The position numbers were made by a program, and so were the translations under genes. Shown piece by piece: positions 26,291 to 37,180 of a stretch of 64,000 nt of DNA; positions within the stretch are counted from its first letter, which is position 1, and every line of letters begins with the position of its first letter. Location: the NCBI RefSeq assembly GCF_018350175.1, contig NC_058375.1, forward strand, positions 93,558,001 through 93,622,000, written 5' to 3'. The DNA is from Felis catus (Eukaryota). The notes beneath the pieces were generated by a model that worked only from the letters and a program-made list of their open reading frames with translations, was not told the DNA's origin and made no database searches.

Positions 26291-26740
26291 TCACTCAGAG
26301 TCATTCTCTGGAAGTTCTGGTTCATTGGAAGATATCCTGGGGGTCTCCATTATGCCATGGTAAGGCTTCACCAAACGAGAAGGAATACACAGAAGCCCAG
26401 AATCTGAAAAGACACAAGCAAATCCTCAACCCCAGGTGGCAAGTTGAGTGGGCCCAGTCCGGTTGGGCCCCCCTTGGGGGGTTTTGCATAGCACCATAGG
26501 GTGAGAGGGTTTTTGTGATTTTGAAGAATGTCACTCAGCTGCAGTTAGTCCTTGAGGATTAAGATTTAAAAAGTGAAGAGTAATCCTAGCACTATCAAGA
26601 AGGAGCTGAGGTTGTAATGCAGACAGCCAGGGGTATCTCCCCCTTTTTGTTTTTTTAACATGTTTTTGGGCGTAATAGATGCTCATTTTACAATTGCTTG
26701 GCCTTGTGGATTACAAGGAATGGGTAATATCAACCAAGGC
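26291..26740 (-). pseudogene. pol: Integrase C-terminal remnant of pol
   Basis: IPCNPQGQAIV...KKQKGG...ITLHFLN...TAAE*H...WG*GFACVF...IPSRLVKPY match betaretroviral IN motifs (IPYNPQGQAIVER, WGRGFACV). Confidence 0.9.
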
Positions 26741-26769
26741 TTAAGTAAAACAACTTAAAAAGGCGTGTT

Positions 26770-29290
26770 GTCTTGTTGTTTTACCCTTTTTGTTAAAATT
26801 ATATATTTACTTATTTATTTATTATCATTAACAAAAATATATTATTTTTTCTGTGGTTGTTGTAGGATGCTCTAATTTCATTTTTGCTTAGCGGTAACTT
26901 ACACATTGATCATTGGCATTTGAGGGAGGGGGCTGAAGGGCCAAAGTCAAGGTCTATTCCCCTGTCTTTTTTAGTAATGTCCACATAAATATGTTTTAGC
27001 CATGTGGATATCCATTTGAGGCATACAGTGGGCTAAGTTTAGTAAAATGGCTCCCATGTATCTTAGTAAAAGCCCTTTATATATTATCCATCCCTCATAT
27101 GGCAGAGGCATCCATTCTTTTGCCAAACAGGAACAACATAAATGTGGAGGATTTTGAAGGCTGGCACCAAGAGTATTGGCATTAATTTCCCAGTCTTTGG
27201 ATCAAAGGACAAGGAATTTTAATCTTAACCCTGTATACTTTTAAAATCCATTTATTTTCTAAAAAAATTGTTTTTAATGTTTATTTATTTTTGTGACAGA
27301 GTGAGACAGAGCATGAGCAGGGAAGGGGCAGAGAGAGAGGGAGACACAGAATCTGAAGCAGGCTCCAGGCTCTGAGCTGTCAACACAGAGCCCAACTTGA
27401 GGCTCAAACTCATCAATTGCGAGATCATGACCTGAGCCGAGGTCAGACGCTCAACCCACTGAGCCACCCAGATGCCCCTAAAATCCATTTATTTTAACTT
27501 TAGTCCGTCCTGACCACACATAAAATTTCTTTTTAAAGATTTTCCTTTACGAAACTTTTACAACTTTTCTTTGCGTTTAGGTTTTGTCTCAAGCCGTTTT
27601 TCTCCAAACAACCAGTCTCTTTTAAGACAAAGTTACTTTCTTTTACCTTTAACAAAAATATATTTCCATTTTTTATCTTTTTTTTCTCTTCATATCTCCT
27701 ACTTTCCTACGTACAGAGTTGCTTTTGTTATTTTTATCAGTTTTAATTACATTTAACCAGTTGTGAATTGTCTGTTACATCAGAGAATTTTTTAGGTGGT
27801 AGACTTAAGAATCCATTAAGCATAAAGCATGGATTTAAATATTCTGTTTTTGTTGCCATAAGAAGTTAAAAGCATAAACCGATGTCTAATAAGCAATGCT
27901 TCAGCTTTCCATTTGATTCGGAAGAGGTCTAAATGTCTGAAGAACTTAATTCAATTGCTCATTTAAGCAAAGCGTTGAAGTTTTAGGTTACCAAGGATGC
28001 TGAAAGCTATCTTAACAATTACCCATGGAAACTATGAGGCAAACGAAGTTAACCATTACTTTAAGTCATCCTTTTGCTAACAAACTGGAACAGAGATAAC
28101 ATGAACTTATTTGACCGTTAGCAAACCTTAGTAGAATAAAATTTTATATTTAATGCTGATAACTTTAAAGACAGAGCCAACAAACTTGAATTAGTTTAAA
28201 CACCGAATATGCTTCATTTACCATTTAAATCCTGGGAAGTTTGTGAAAACCTTAGGAAGTTATCATAAAGCACATCCTAAATAGGATTACAGATCGTTAC
28301 AAATCTTGAAACTTTATTTATTTAACCAACGTGGCAATAAAAGATCCTAAAGGTGAACGTACAGCATTATATAGTTGTTAGCAAAACCTAGTTCCTTTAA
28401 CATTGAGAAGTTTTACCTAAGCAATCAAAGACCTGATAAAGATGAAACCTAAAGCTTTGGTTTTTTGGCAAAGAGAAAAAAACCTTCGCTTACAGTGTCT
28501 TATCAAGAGCAGAACAGTCCAAGAAAGCCTTGTTTTTTGAACAGAGAGAAAAGCAGAATTTCAACCTTATATCAGTGTCCTTTTAAAATTCCATTCATCT
28601 CGACCTTAGCAGAATAAAGTCTTATAATTTAAAAGACATGCCTATCTTAATAGTATTTTATCTGTGCCCCCTTAAAAGTTTACCACTGTTAATTTCCCCC
28701 GTGGAACCACTGAAGAAATTTAAAGTTTAAGGGGGTGTTTTTTGCCTTTTGACAGCCTGGGGAGGAGGAGTGCTGTCTGAGGCATTGATGAGTCAGATAT
28801 GCAGGCCGCACTCCAGGAGGTTCAGAAACCAGAAGGGGGGGGGGGGGTAGAGAAGAGAAGGCAGAAAAGGTGAGGAACCGCCTGGAGGCCTGAAGGCAGA
28901 CCGAAGAACGGAGGGCAGAGAAAAAAGTTCACATGGTCCTAAAGCCTGTCAGCTCAGATAGATGAGCAGATATCGACTTTTGCTTTGTTTTGTATTTGTT
29001 TTGTTTTGGTTTTGTTTTCCACTAGCGGAATTAGGCAGTCCATGTCCGGCCAGAAGACAGCGAAGTTCCCCGAAACAAAAGGAGTTTTGGCAGCTGCTTG
29101 GGAATATTCCTTAACATCTTTGTCCCGAGGTAGACTAACCAGAGAGAGTTGGCTCTAATCATCATAGTTATTAATCCAGGAAATGAGTGCGGGAGAAGCC
29201 CTCACATATAGTCAGAGTAACCAGAGTGTATTAGGAGAAACAGTGAGAGAGAGAGAGTTAGAGTCCCCTGTATTAGAGATGGCCTCTGTA
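26770..29290 (-). mobile_element. AT-rich non-coding internal segment replacing CA-CTD/NC/pro/RT/RH; MER4-group (ERV1) internal-like
   Basis: No retroviral enzyme motifs found; minus strand aggtctttgattgcttaggtaaaacttctcaatgttaaaggaactaggttttgctaacaactat...gatctgtaatcctattt resembles recalled MER4-group internal consensus. Confidence 0.6.
27259..27478 (-). mobile_element. SINEC_Fc inside the provirus
   Basis: Full body; 17-bp TSD taaaatccatttatttt at 27242-27258 and 27479-27495. Confidence 0.95.
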
Positions 29291-30198
29291 AAATACACCG
29301 CACTATTTCAGTGCATTGATTTACTGACAATGATTGGAAGCTGGGCTCGCTGCCTTGGTTGGAAATACTGCCCTACATCAGTTGTTTAAAAGACACCGGA
29401 ATAGCAGCAGCAAAGTTCTGCACAGCACTAGTCACGTAAGCAGCATGAAACTCTTGGGCACAGACAGCATACTGGGCTGGGGTCCGAATGATGTTCTGAA
29501 GAGAGCCCAGTCCCAGGCACACATGGAATGAGTGCCATGAATATTTTCTAAAATACCGATTGTAAAAAGGCTGGGATGGACATACAGCCTAACTGATTTT
29601 TGCAATTCTTGTAGTGTTGGAAAGAGCAGGCCTTCATGGCCACATTGCTCATTTTTTCTGACAACAGGAAACAGCTGGAAATTACTGGCCTTATGGACTT
29701 TTTCAATATACTTGTGCATTGGGGTGAGGACTTTATCAGAGTAGGTCAGTGAGGTTTTCAGAGGCTCCATACCGTCCCACCCTTTTGGGGGAGGGGGAGT
29801 ATCTTCTGGCTGTAAAGGAGCCAGAGGCACAATCTGAGTATAGGGGGAGTGAGATCTTTCCTCCTTTTTAGATAACTTTACGTCTTCTGTCTTCCTGTCT
29901 TCTTCTTCGTATGCATTGTCCAAGCTCAAGGGGGGAAGGGCAGTGCGGACAACGGACCAGGTGAGGATTACTTTAGGGGGGACATTAGCCCCTTTAGAAT
30001 GCCTGGCCTGCATTATTTTTTCTACTCCTTCCCACACTTCAAGATCATAAGTTCCTTGTTCTGGGGACCAAGGGCAATTTTATTGGATAGCCAATAATCT
30101 AAGGAGAGCCATATAATTTACGGCAGTCCCTGTTGCCTCTCCTAGGGACTGAAGAATTCAAATATAGCGCTTTTATTCAGGGGGAGGGAGTTTCCCAT
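29290..30198 (-). pseudogene. gag: Truncated beta-type gag (MA, proline-rich spacer, CA N-terminal domain)
   Basis: ATG at 30198 gives MGNS...; CPWSPEQGTYDLEVW...VPPKVILTWSVVRTAL (Gag_p10-like); FPVV...LQELQKSVRLY...FTIGILE...WDW (CA); early stops and frameshifts. Confidence 0.92.
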
Positions 30199-30413
30199 GA
30201 TAGATCTCTCAAAAAGTTCCGCAGCAGCGAATCCTAATATAGTTTCGCTTTGTCCCTTACCTGGTCAGGTAGAGACTGTACCTGGTGCATTTTTTTCTTT
30301 TATTCTTTCTTGGAGCTCCTTGATCGTTGCGCAGCATCCTGCAGTCCTTGTGTCGCACTGCCTGGCCACATAGGCTCCTTGTCCACGTTGGCCCATAGTC
30401 CCCCTTTCTTTCT

Positions 30414-30431
30414 ATCACGTCAGGGTCACCA
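30414..30431 (-). promoter_or_regulatory. Primer-binding site, tRNA-Trp
   Basis: TGGTGACCCTGACGTGAT, 2 nt after the 5' LTR; 17/18 to the tRNA-Trp PBS TGGTGACCCCGACGTGAT, with the difference at a CpG. Confidence 0.9.
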
Positions 30432-30433
30432 TC

Positions 30434-31256
30434 TGTCGTAGACTCTGGGTCTAAAGTTCTCCCTTGTCTAGCAAAAGAACGGGACACAAGATTGAAAGCA
30501 AGAGAGGCTAATGTCTGGGAAAAGACAAGAGCCCCGAATAAGCTTCCTTGCCCGGTATTTATTCAAATCAGAAGGCTTACAAACGTAATGGGCGTGTACA
30601 AAGGGACAAAGAAACTGGGAACATTAACTTGGGGACGTGAGGGAAAAGGGGGTTTTGAAGATATACAGTGTTTGGGGTTTGGGTCAATATAAAACAAAAT
30701 CCGGGCGCCAGGCAGATGGGTGGATGGCTGTTAATGGCAGATAGGAGGTTCTGGACCTGTTTCCCTTAGCCTAGGGGATGAGACAGGTAGGGGGAATAAC
30801 CTCAGGGTTGACAAGGCACCTTTTCTTTTGTTAACCCTCTCTGCTCTGGGCTGCTTTGCCTGCAGCAAAGCGGTCCATAGTCCAATTCACCGAGTTACCT
30901 AACCTGGCCCTATCCTCCTGTGAAAGCAGCTTTTCTGCCATGGTACTAAATTGGGGGTGCTTTCACCCTGAACATCTTAATCTCGTTTATTTCCTATTCC
31001 TGTGTACTGGGACCTTTGCACCGTTCCTAGTTTAGGCCTTTGCCTCTGCCTCTCTATTCTGGGAGCTCTGCACCCCCTCCCTATTTGGGGGTGCCTTTGC
31101 ACCTCTCTATTCTTGGCATCTTTGCGCCTCCCTATTCTTGGGGTGTCAATCTGGTTTACCCAAACTCAGGTGTAAGCATTTTACGACTTTGTATTTCTTT
31201 ATGCCTTGTTAACTCATTGGTGTAAACTCGGGGGATTATTAAGCTTATCTCCCACA
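30434..31256 (-). mobile_element. 5' LTR (823 bp)
   Basis: Near-identical copy of 23510-24334, followed on the minus strand by the PBS. Confidence 0.97.
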
Positions 31257-31619
31257 GGAAGATGCCAACCTGAAAAAGTCGTATACTATGTTCTATGAAC
31301 CCAACTGTATGACATTCTGGAAAAGGTAAAACTATGGAAGCAGCAAAAAATATGTATCAATGGTTGCTAAGCATTTAGGGAGAAGGAAGGATGANNNNNN
31401 NNNNNNNNNNNNNNNNNNNNNNNNNNNNNNNNNNNNNNNNNNNNNNNNNNNNNNNNNNNNNNNNNNNNNNNNNNNNNNNNNNNNNNNNNNNNNNNNNNNN
31501 NNNNNNNNNNNNNNNNNNNNNNNNNNNNNNNNNNNNNNNTTGGTAATGGTGTGTCAATGTTGATTCATGGCTTGTAACAAATGTACCACACTTGGGATGT
31601 TGGTAGTAGAGGCAGCTGT

Positions 31620-31664
<45 letters not shown>

Positions 31665-31752
31665 GTGGGGAGGGACAGAATATATGGGCATTCTCTGTAC
31701 TTGCTGCTCAGTTTTGCTGTGAGACTTGAACTTCTCTAAAAAATAAAGTTGG
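31257..31752 (+). mobile_element. L1MC-like 3' end, right part, with (TG)n at ~31617-31663
   Basis: gccaacctgaaaaag...gacattctggaaaaggtaaaactatgg...cttctctaaaaaataaagt; collinear with 22945-23509. Confidence 0.85.
31395..31539. other. Assembly gap
   Basis: Run of N. Confidence 1.
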
Positions 31753-31764
31753 TTATTTTTTTAA

Positions 31765-32090
31765 AGGCAAGGAGGGGGAGTATTCCAGGAAGAAACTAGC
31801 ACATACAAAGGCCCTGTGGCACAGGGAAGTTTGAGGATTGTGTGGGCCTGAAGGAAGGCCATCGTGGGTAGAGAGAATGAGACAGAGCTGGTGGACCCGC
31901 TGGAGCTGGAGAAACAGGTGATGGCCCAACTTCGCAGGGCCTCATGGGCTATTAAAGCTGTTTTTCTTTATTCTGAAAACACTGGGGAGCCATTGAGTGG
32001 TGTGGGTGGAGGTGGGGTAGGGACAGCAAGAACATGATCAGATTTGTATTTCAAAACAATCACTCTGGCTACAGTGTAGAGAGTACAGAA
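31765..32090 (-). mobile_element. L2, continuation of 22640-22940
   Basis: attccaggaagaaactagcacatacaaaggccctgtggc...catgatcagatttgtatttcaaaacaatcactctggct. Confidence 0.75.
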
Positions 32091-32294
32091 CGCATTGGAA
32101 CTCTGGCAGGGGCAGAGTTGTCATGAGGAGGCCCGTGGGCAAACTGAAACTTCAGTCCAGCTGAAAAATAAAGGTAGCCCAAGCAAGAATGGGTGATGTG
32201 GTGTTGGGAAGAAAGGCCAAAGCAAATTTAGGATGTCATATGGACAGTCCTTGGAAGGGGATGAAACATACGAAGGAGGGGGGAGAGGGGCCAA

Positions 32295-32620
32295 GCATGC
32301 TTCCTTGATTAATCCATGATTGTATAATGGGAATTTTACTCGTGGGGATTTATGTGCCTCTTTAGCCATACTCTCCTTTGAACTTTCTGACTCATGAAAA
32401 TTTCCCAACTGGTTGAAATCTGCTTTCCTTAAGTGAAGTGAACATCATGAAATATGTCCTATGAGCCCAAGTCCCTGTTGTACCATAAAGGGCTCCCTGA
32501 TATCCCTTCTCCATTGTAAACCAGTATTGATACATGTTTTAGAATTAGGTCCAACCACGCATCTCACCCTGTCTCTTCTACTTTCAGAGGATTGAGTTCA
32601 TAAAGCAAATTAAACATTTT
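32295..32620 (-). mobile_element. CR1/L3 endonuclease-region relic
   Basis: Minus strand LKVEETG*DAWLDLIL (CR1 QKVEEPTRGDAILDLIL) and LRKADF. Confidence 0.65.
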
Positions 32621-32739
32621 TGGGTCATCCACAGGAAGCGTGGTCACCTACAAATACAGTACTTGCCCCAAACCAGGAGCTCTTCTGAGTGGATCATTAG
32701 CTCACTGACTCCCCACCCCCAGCAGCTCAGCGCAGAAGT

Positions 32740-32875
32740 TACAATTATCATCTTCATTTTACAGTTGGGAAGACTGAGACACAGAGATGTTAAATAATTT
32801 GCTGTGTTCGCACAGGCAGGATTTGAACTCTGGCTGTGGGGTCCTTGCTCTTAACCATTACTTGAATTGTCTCTC
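32740..32875 (-). mobile_element. MIR SINE
   Basis: cttcattttacagttgggaagactgagacacagagatgttaaataatttgc. Confidence 0.75.
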
Positions 32876-33109
32876 AAACGAGGTTCTTTCTTTTGAATTT
32901 TTCAAACTAGTCCTAGAGAGAGAAATCTTTTTGTCTGTTGGGTCTCAGAAGTGGAGGATGGAACGCTGCAGGGGCCTATTCCGTGGGGAAAAGAACAAAG
33001 CTGACCTGCAGGGTAATCTGAAATGAGGGATGAGGAGGGACAGAAAGATAAAAAGAGAGAGCTAGGCAAAGATTGGCCAAAAAAAGAGAGATCTAAAATG
33101 TCGGCAGGA

Positions 33110-33352
33110 GGGTGCCTGGGTGGCTCAGTAGGTTAAATGTCCAACTCTTGATTTCCGCTCAGGTCATGACCTCAGGGTCATGAGATAGAGCCCTGAGTTG
33201 GGTTCCTCTCGGGGTGTGGGGCCTGCTTGAGATTCTCTCTCCCTCTGCCCCTCCCCTACTTACGTGTGTGTGTCTATGTGTGTATGTGGGTGTGCGCTTA
33301 TGCTCGTTCTCTCTCTCTCAAAAATAAATAAATAAATAAATAAATAAATAAA
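33110..33352 (+). mobile_element. Older Can-SINE with (TAAA)n tail
   Basis: Head containing actcttgatttccgctcaggtcatgacctcagggtcatgagat. Confidence 0.9.
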
Positions 33353-33601
33353 GTCTGCAGGAAACCACTGTGGCCAAAATATGCAAAGCGGCCAACACCA
33401 GCATCTCTCAAGGACAGTTGGCCCTTTTCCTGATAGTCAGAAGGTGAATGTCAATTTGCTGCAAGGCATGAGGAAAACAAAAGATACACATCTGTTTCCT
33501 GAGACAGAGGGCTAAAAGCCAGGTAACTGGGGAGCTGGAGTCGCCTTGAAGAGTTTGGTGAAGACAGACAGGCAGGAGTCATAGCTAGACGTTGTCTGAC
33601 A

Positions 33602-33755
33602 CGATGGTTCTTAACCAAGAGTGCATAGCTGGCCTCCAGGGGGAATGCTTTAAAAGTCTTGCACCAGCCCTACAGAATCTCTTGGAATGGGGTTGGTCCC
33701 AGGCAACCCCAGCTTCTCAGATGATTCTGGCAAGAGACCTTGGTTAAGACCTATT
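33602..33755. mobile_element. MER5-like hAT MITE
   Basis: tggttcttaacc...cagaatctcttgga...cagatgattct...ggttaagacc with inverted termini. Confidence 0.55.
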
Positions 33756-34548
33756 TATCTGAAGACATATAGCTGATGCTCATAAGAGTCTCCGTGTGAA
33801 ATATTTACCAAGTGCTTAGGAGATAAAAGGGAAATCCTTGAACATGGAAGTCAACAGCGGGGAGTCGGGGGGTGGGGGTGCTGGAATTAATTTGACCCGA
33901 AGAAACTTGGGCTATTGGCCTTCAACTTTTCCATCTGATTCCACGTGGGTCAACTGTGTTTCATGAGGCAGAAATGGCCTGGTACCATCTTGGCACGGAC
34001 TGAAGAATAAGACCAGGGAAAGTGGGTCTCCCCACAAGAAAGGCTTGGGTCCCACATTCTTCAACACCTACCTTCACCAGGAGCATGGGAATTGACCACC
34101 ACACACTCAGGTGTTGAACTGCAGCTTCTGAACCCAGCATGACTATTATTGGAATGATTACAGATGGTCTGAAGAATAAACAGTTAAAATGGTGTTTTGT
34201 CAGTTACCATTCTATCAACACTCCCTGCTCGAGTGTAGAATTCTTTTTGTCTAAGACTAAAAACACTCCTCTCAAGACTAGCTCAGGCAAAAATGAAAGG
34301 AAAGGACTTTGCAAAGGGAGTTGGCAGTCCTGTCCCACAATAGATGCACTAAAACTATATAAAAAGGGAAATATGGGATTTGATTTTAGTTATCTTGAAT
34401 AAGGAGAGTTGCAGAGAGGGTGTGTTGAAGGGGTGGGTATGCTTAGGGTTGCTTTTGTTTTGAGCATTAGGTTTGGGGGCACTTATTCCATTATTAAAAT
34501 AACCAGCAAACAGACCAAATAAATGAATAAATAGAAGTGGCCATGTCT

Positions 34549-34767
34549 GGGGCGCCTGGGTGGCTCAGTCGGTTAAACGGCCGACTTCAGCTCAGGTCAT
34601 GATCTCTCGGTCTGTGAGTTCGAGCCCCGCGTCGGGCTCTGTGCTGACAGCTCAGAGCCTGGAGCCTGTTTCAGATTCTGTGTCTCCCTCTCTCTGACCC
34701 TCCCCTGTTCATGCTCTGTCTCTCCCTGTCTCAAAAATAAATAAAACGTTAAAAAAAAATTAAAAAA
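34549..34767 (+). mobile_element. SINEC_Fc
   Basis: TSD agaagtggccatgtctg at 34533-34549 and 34768-34784. Confidence 0.97.
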
Positions 34768-34944
34768 AGAAGTGGCCATGTCTGTGGGATTATGACCAAC
34801 CACACTGTGTGCACTTAAGGGGCAATTTTAAAAGAAACAAAAAGCTAGATATACAGGGAAAACTCATCTGCAGATAATCCCACTATCCATAGGGTAACAA
34901 CCACCGTTAACTCTTTCTTTCCCAGGCCTTTTTGTACATCTCGG

Positions 34945-35223
34945 TTTTTTATTTATTTAATTTAATTTTATTTTTTTAATGTTTATTTGTTTTCGAGAGA
35001 GGCAGGGAGAGATAGAGCATGAGCAGGGGAGGGGCAGAGAGAGAGAGAGGGAGACACAGAATCCGAAGCAGGCTCCAGGCCCTGAACTGTCAGCACAGAG
35101 CCGGACGTGCGGCTCAAACCCACAAACTTTGAGGTCAGGACCTGACTCCTTTTTTTAAATTAATAGACTTTATCTTTTTAAGTTTATTTTTTTAGAGAGA
35201 GAAAGAACATGAGCAGAACAAGG

Positions 35224-35254
<31 letters not shown>

Positions 35255-36884
35255 ATCCCAAGCAGGCTCTGCACTGTCAGCACAGAGCATGACGCGAGGC
35301 TTGAACCCATGAACCGTGACATCATGACTGGAACTGAAATCAAGAGTCGGACTCTTTTTTTTAAATTTTTTTTTTTAATTTATATTTGAGAGAGTGACAG
35401 AGCACGAGCGGGGAAGAGGCAGAGAGAGACAGAGACAGAGTCTGAAGTAGGCTCCAGGCTCCGAGCTGTCAGCACAGATCCCAATGCAGGGCTCAAACCC
35501 ACGAACTGCAAGATCATGACCTGAGCCCAAGTCTGACGCTTAACTAACTGAGCCACCCAGGTGCCCCTACGAGGTTTCCGAATTTTAAAGACTGATATAC
35601 TTAAGATTAAGCTTAAAGATTGCCAAGAAGCTTTATAACATATAAGCTTAATGCATATTCAAAATATATTTTTATTATTTTTTTTTAAGTTTATTTATTT
35701 ATTTTGAGAGAGAGAGAGTGTGTGAGTGCGTGCGCCGGTGATAATGGGAGAGGGGCAGAGAGAGAGGGAGAGAGAGAGAATCCCAAGCAGGCTCTATGCT
35801 GTCAACACAGAGCCTGTGTTGGGGCTGAAACCCATGAAACATGAAGTCATAACCTGAGCTGAAATCAAGAGTCGGTCGCTTAACCGACTGAGCCACCCAG
35901 GTACCCCTAGACTTTTTTTTTTTAATGTTTTATTTATTTTTGAGACAGAGAGCATAAGCAGGGGAGGGGCAGAGAGAGAGGGAGACACTGAATCCGAAGC
36001 AGGCTCCAGGCTCTGAGCTGTCAGCACAGAGCCCGATGCAGGGCTCGAACTCACAGACTGTGAGATCATGACCTGAGCTGAAGTCGGACGCTTAACCGAC
36101 TGAGCCACCCAGACGCCCCTCTAGACATTTTTTTTAAGGAGCCTACTTTATTGATTTATTTTTAACGATTTTATTTTTTTTAATTTTTTTTATTTTTTTA
36201 ATTTTTTTTTTCAACGTTTATTTATTTTTGGGACAGAGAGAGACAGAGCATGAACGGGGGAGGGGCAGAGAGAGAGGGAGACACAGAATCGGAAACAGGC
36301 TCCAGGCTCCGAGCCATCAGCCCAGAGCACGACGAGGGGCTCGAACTCACGGACCGCGAGATCGTGACCTGGCTGAAGTCGGACGCTTAACCGACTGCGC
36401 CGCCCAGGCGCCCCAACGATTTTATTTTTAAGTAATCTCTGCACCCAACATGAAGCTTGAACCCACAACCCTGAGATCAAGAGTCGCACACTCCACCAAC
36501 TGAGCCAGCCAGGCGCCCCACTTTATTTTTTTTTTTAGGGCAGTTTTAGGTTTACAGCAAAACTGAGCAGAGTACAGACATCCTCCTCTTTTGACTTAAC
36601 ATCAGGGCATACAAATATTTTCATTTCATTCAAAGCTTCTCAGAAACAAACTTTTTACTGTCAACAAAATGTTTCCTTATATGGATATAATATGGTTTAC
36701 TTAGCCTTACCACCACTGGACATTAGAGTTGTTTCCAATTTTTTGGTGGTATAAGTGACAATGAACATTTTCGTGTATAAATTCCACCCCCACACATATT
36801 TAGCATTATTTCTTTGGGACAGATTATTAGAATCATTGAATGAACCAATATTAGAATATTATTAGAATCATTGAATGAACTCTT

Positions 36885-36929
<45 letters not shown>

Positions 36930-37068
36930 AGGAGAGGGGGACAGAGGAAGAGAGAGAAAGAATCCCAAGCCGGTTCCACACTCTGTGGAGATCCCACAAC
37001 CCCGGGATCATGACCTGAACTGAAACCAAGAGTCAGTCGCTCAGCTGACTGAGCCACCCAGGTGCCCC
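34945..37068 (-). mobile_element. Cluster of about 8 same-orientation Can-SINEs
   Basis: Bodies at ~34945-35146, 35170-35355, 35355-35567, 35675-35907, 35912-36119, 36160-36414, 36417-36518 (short form) and 36882-37068. Confidence 0.9.
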
Positions 37069-37180
37069 CAATATGAACATTTTAAGGCCTATTTTATCAA
37101 ACCACCAACTTACTTTCCAGAAGTTTTATGCAAATGTACACCTTTACCAGAAGAATTTGAGAGGATCTACTCTTACCAGC

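Larger units (their letters stand above)
23510..31256 (-). mobile_element. Endogenous provirus, betaretrovirus-like (class II), defective/chimeric, ~7.75 kb
   Basis: Paired TG...CA LTRs, PBS, PPT, gag/IN/env remnants in order on the minus strand; flanks gaaaga (23504-23509) and ggaaga (31257-31262) form a 6-bp TSD with one mismatch; splits a contiguous L1MC. Confidence 0.97.

Noticed and set aside
23510-31256. Identification as enFeLV or RD-114
   Set aside because: Those have gammaretroviral gag-pol, non-Trp PBS and gamma-type env; here Gag, IN, TM and the 6-bp TSD are beta-type.
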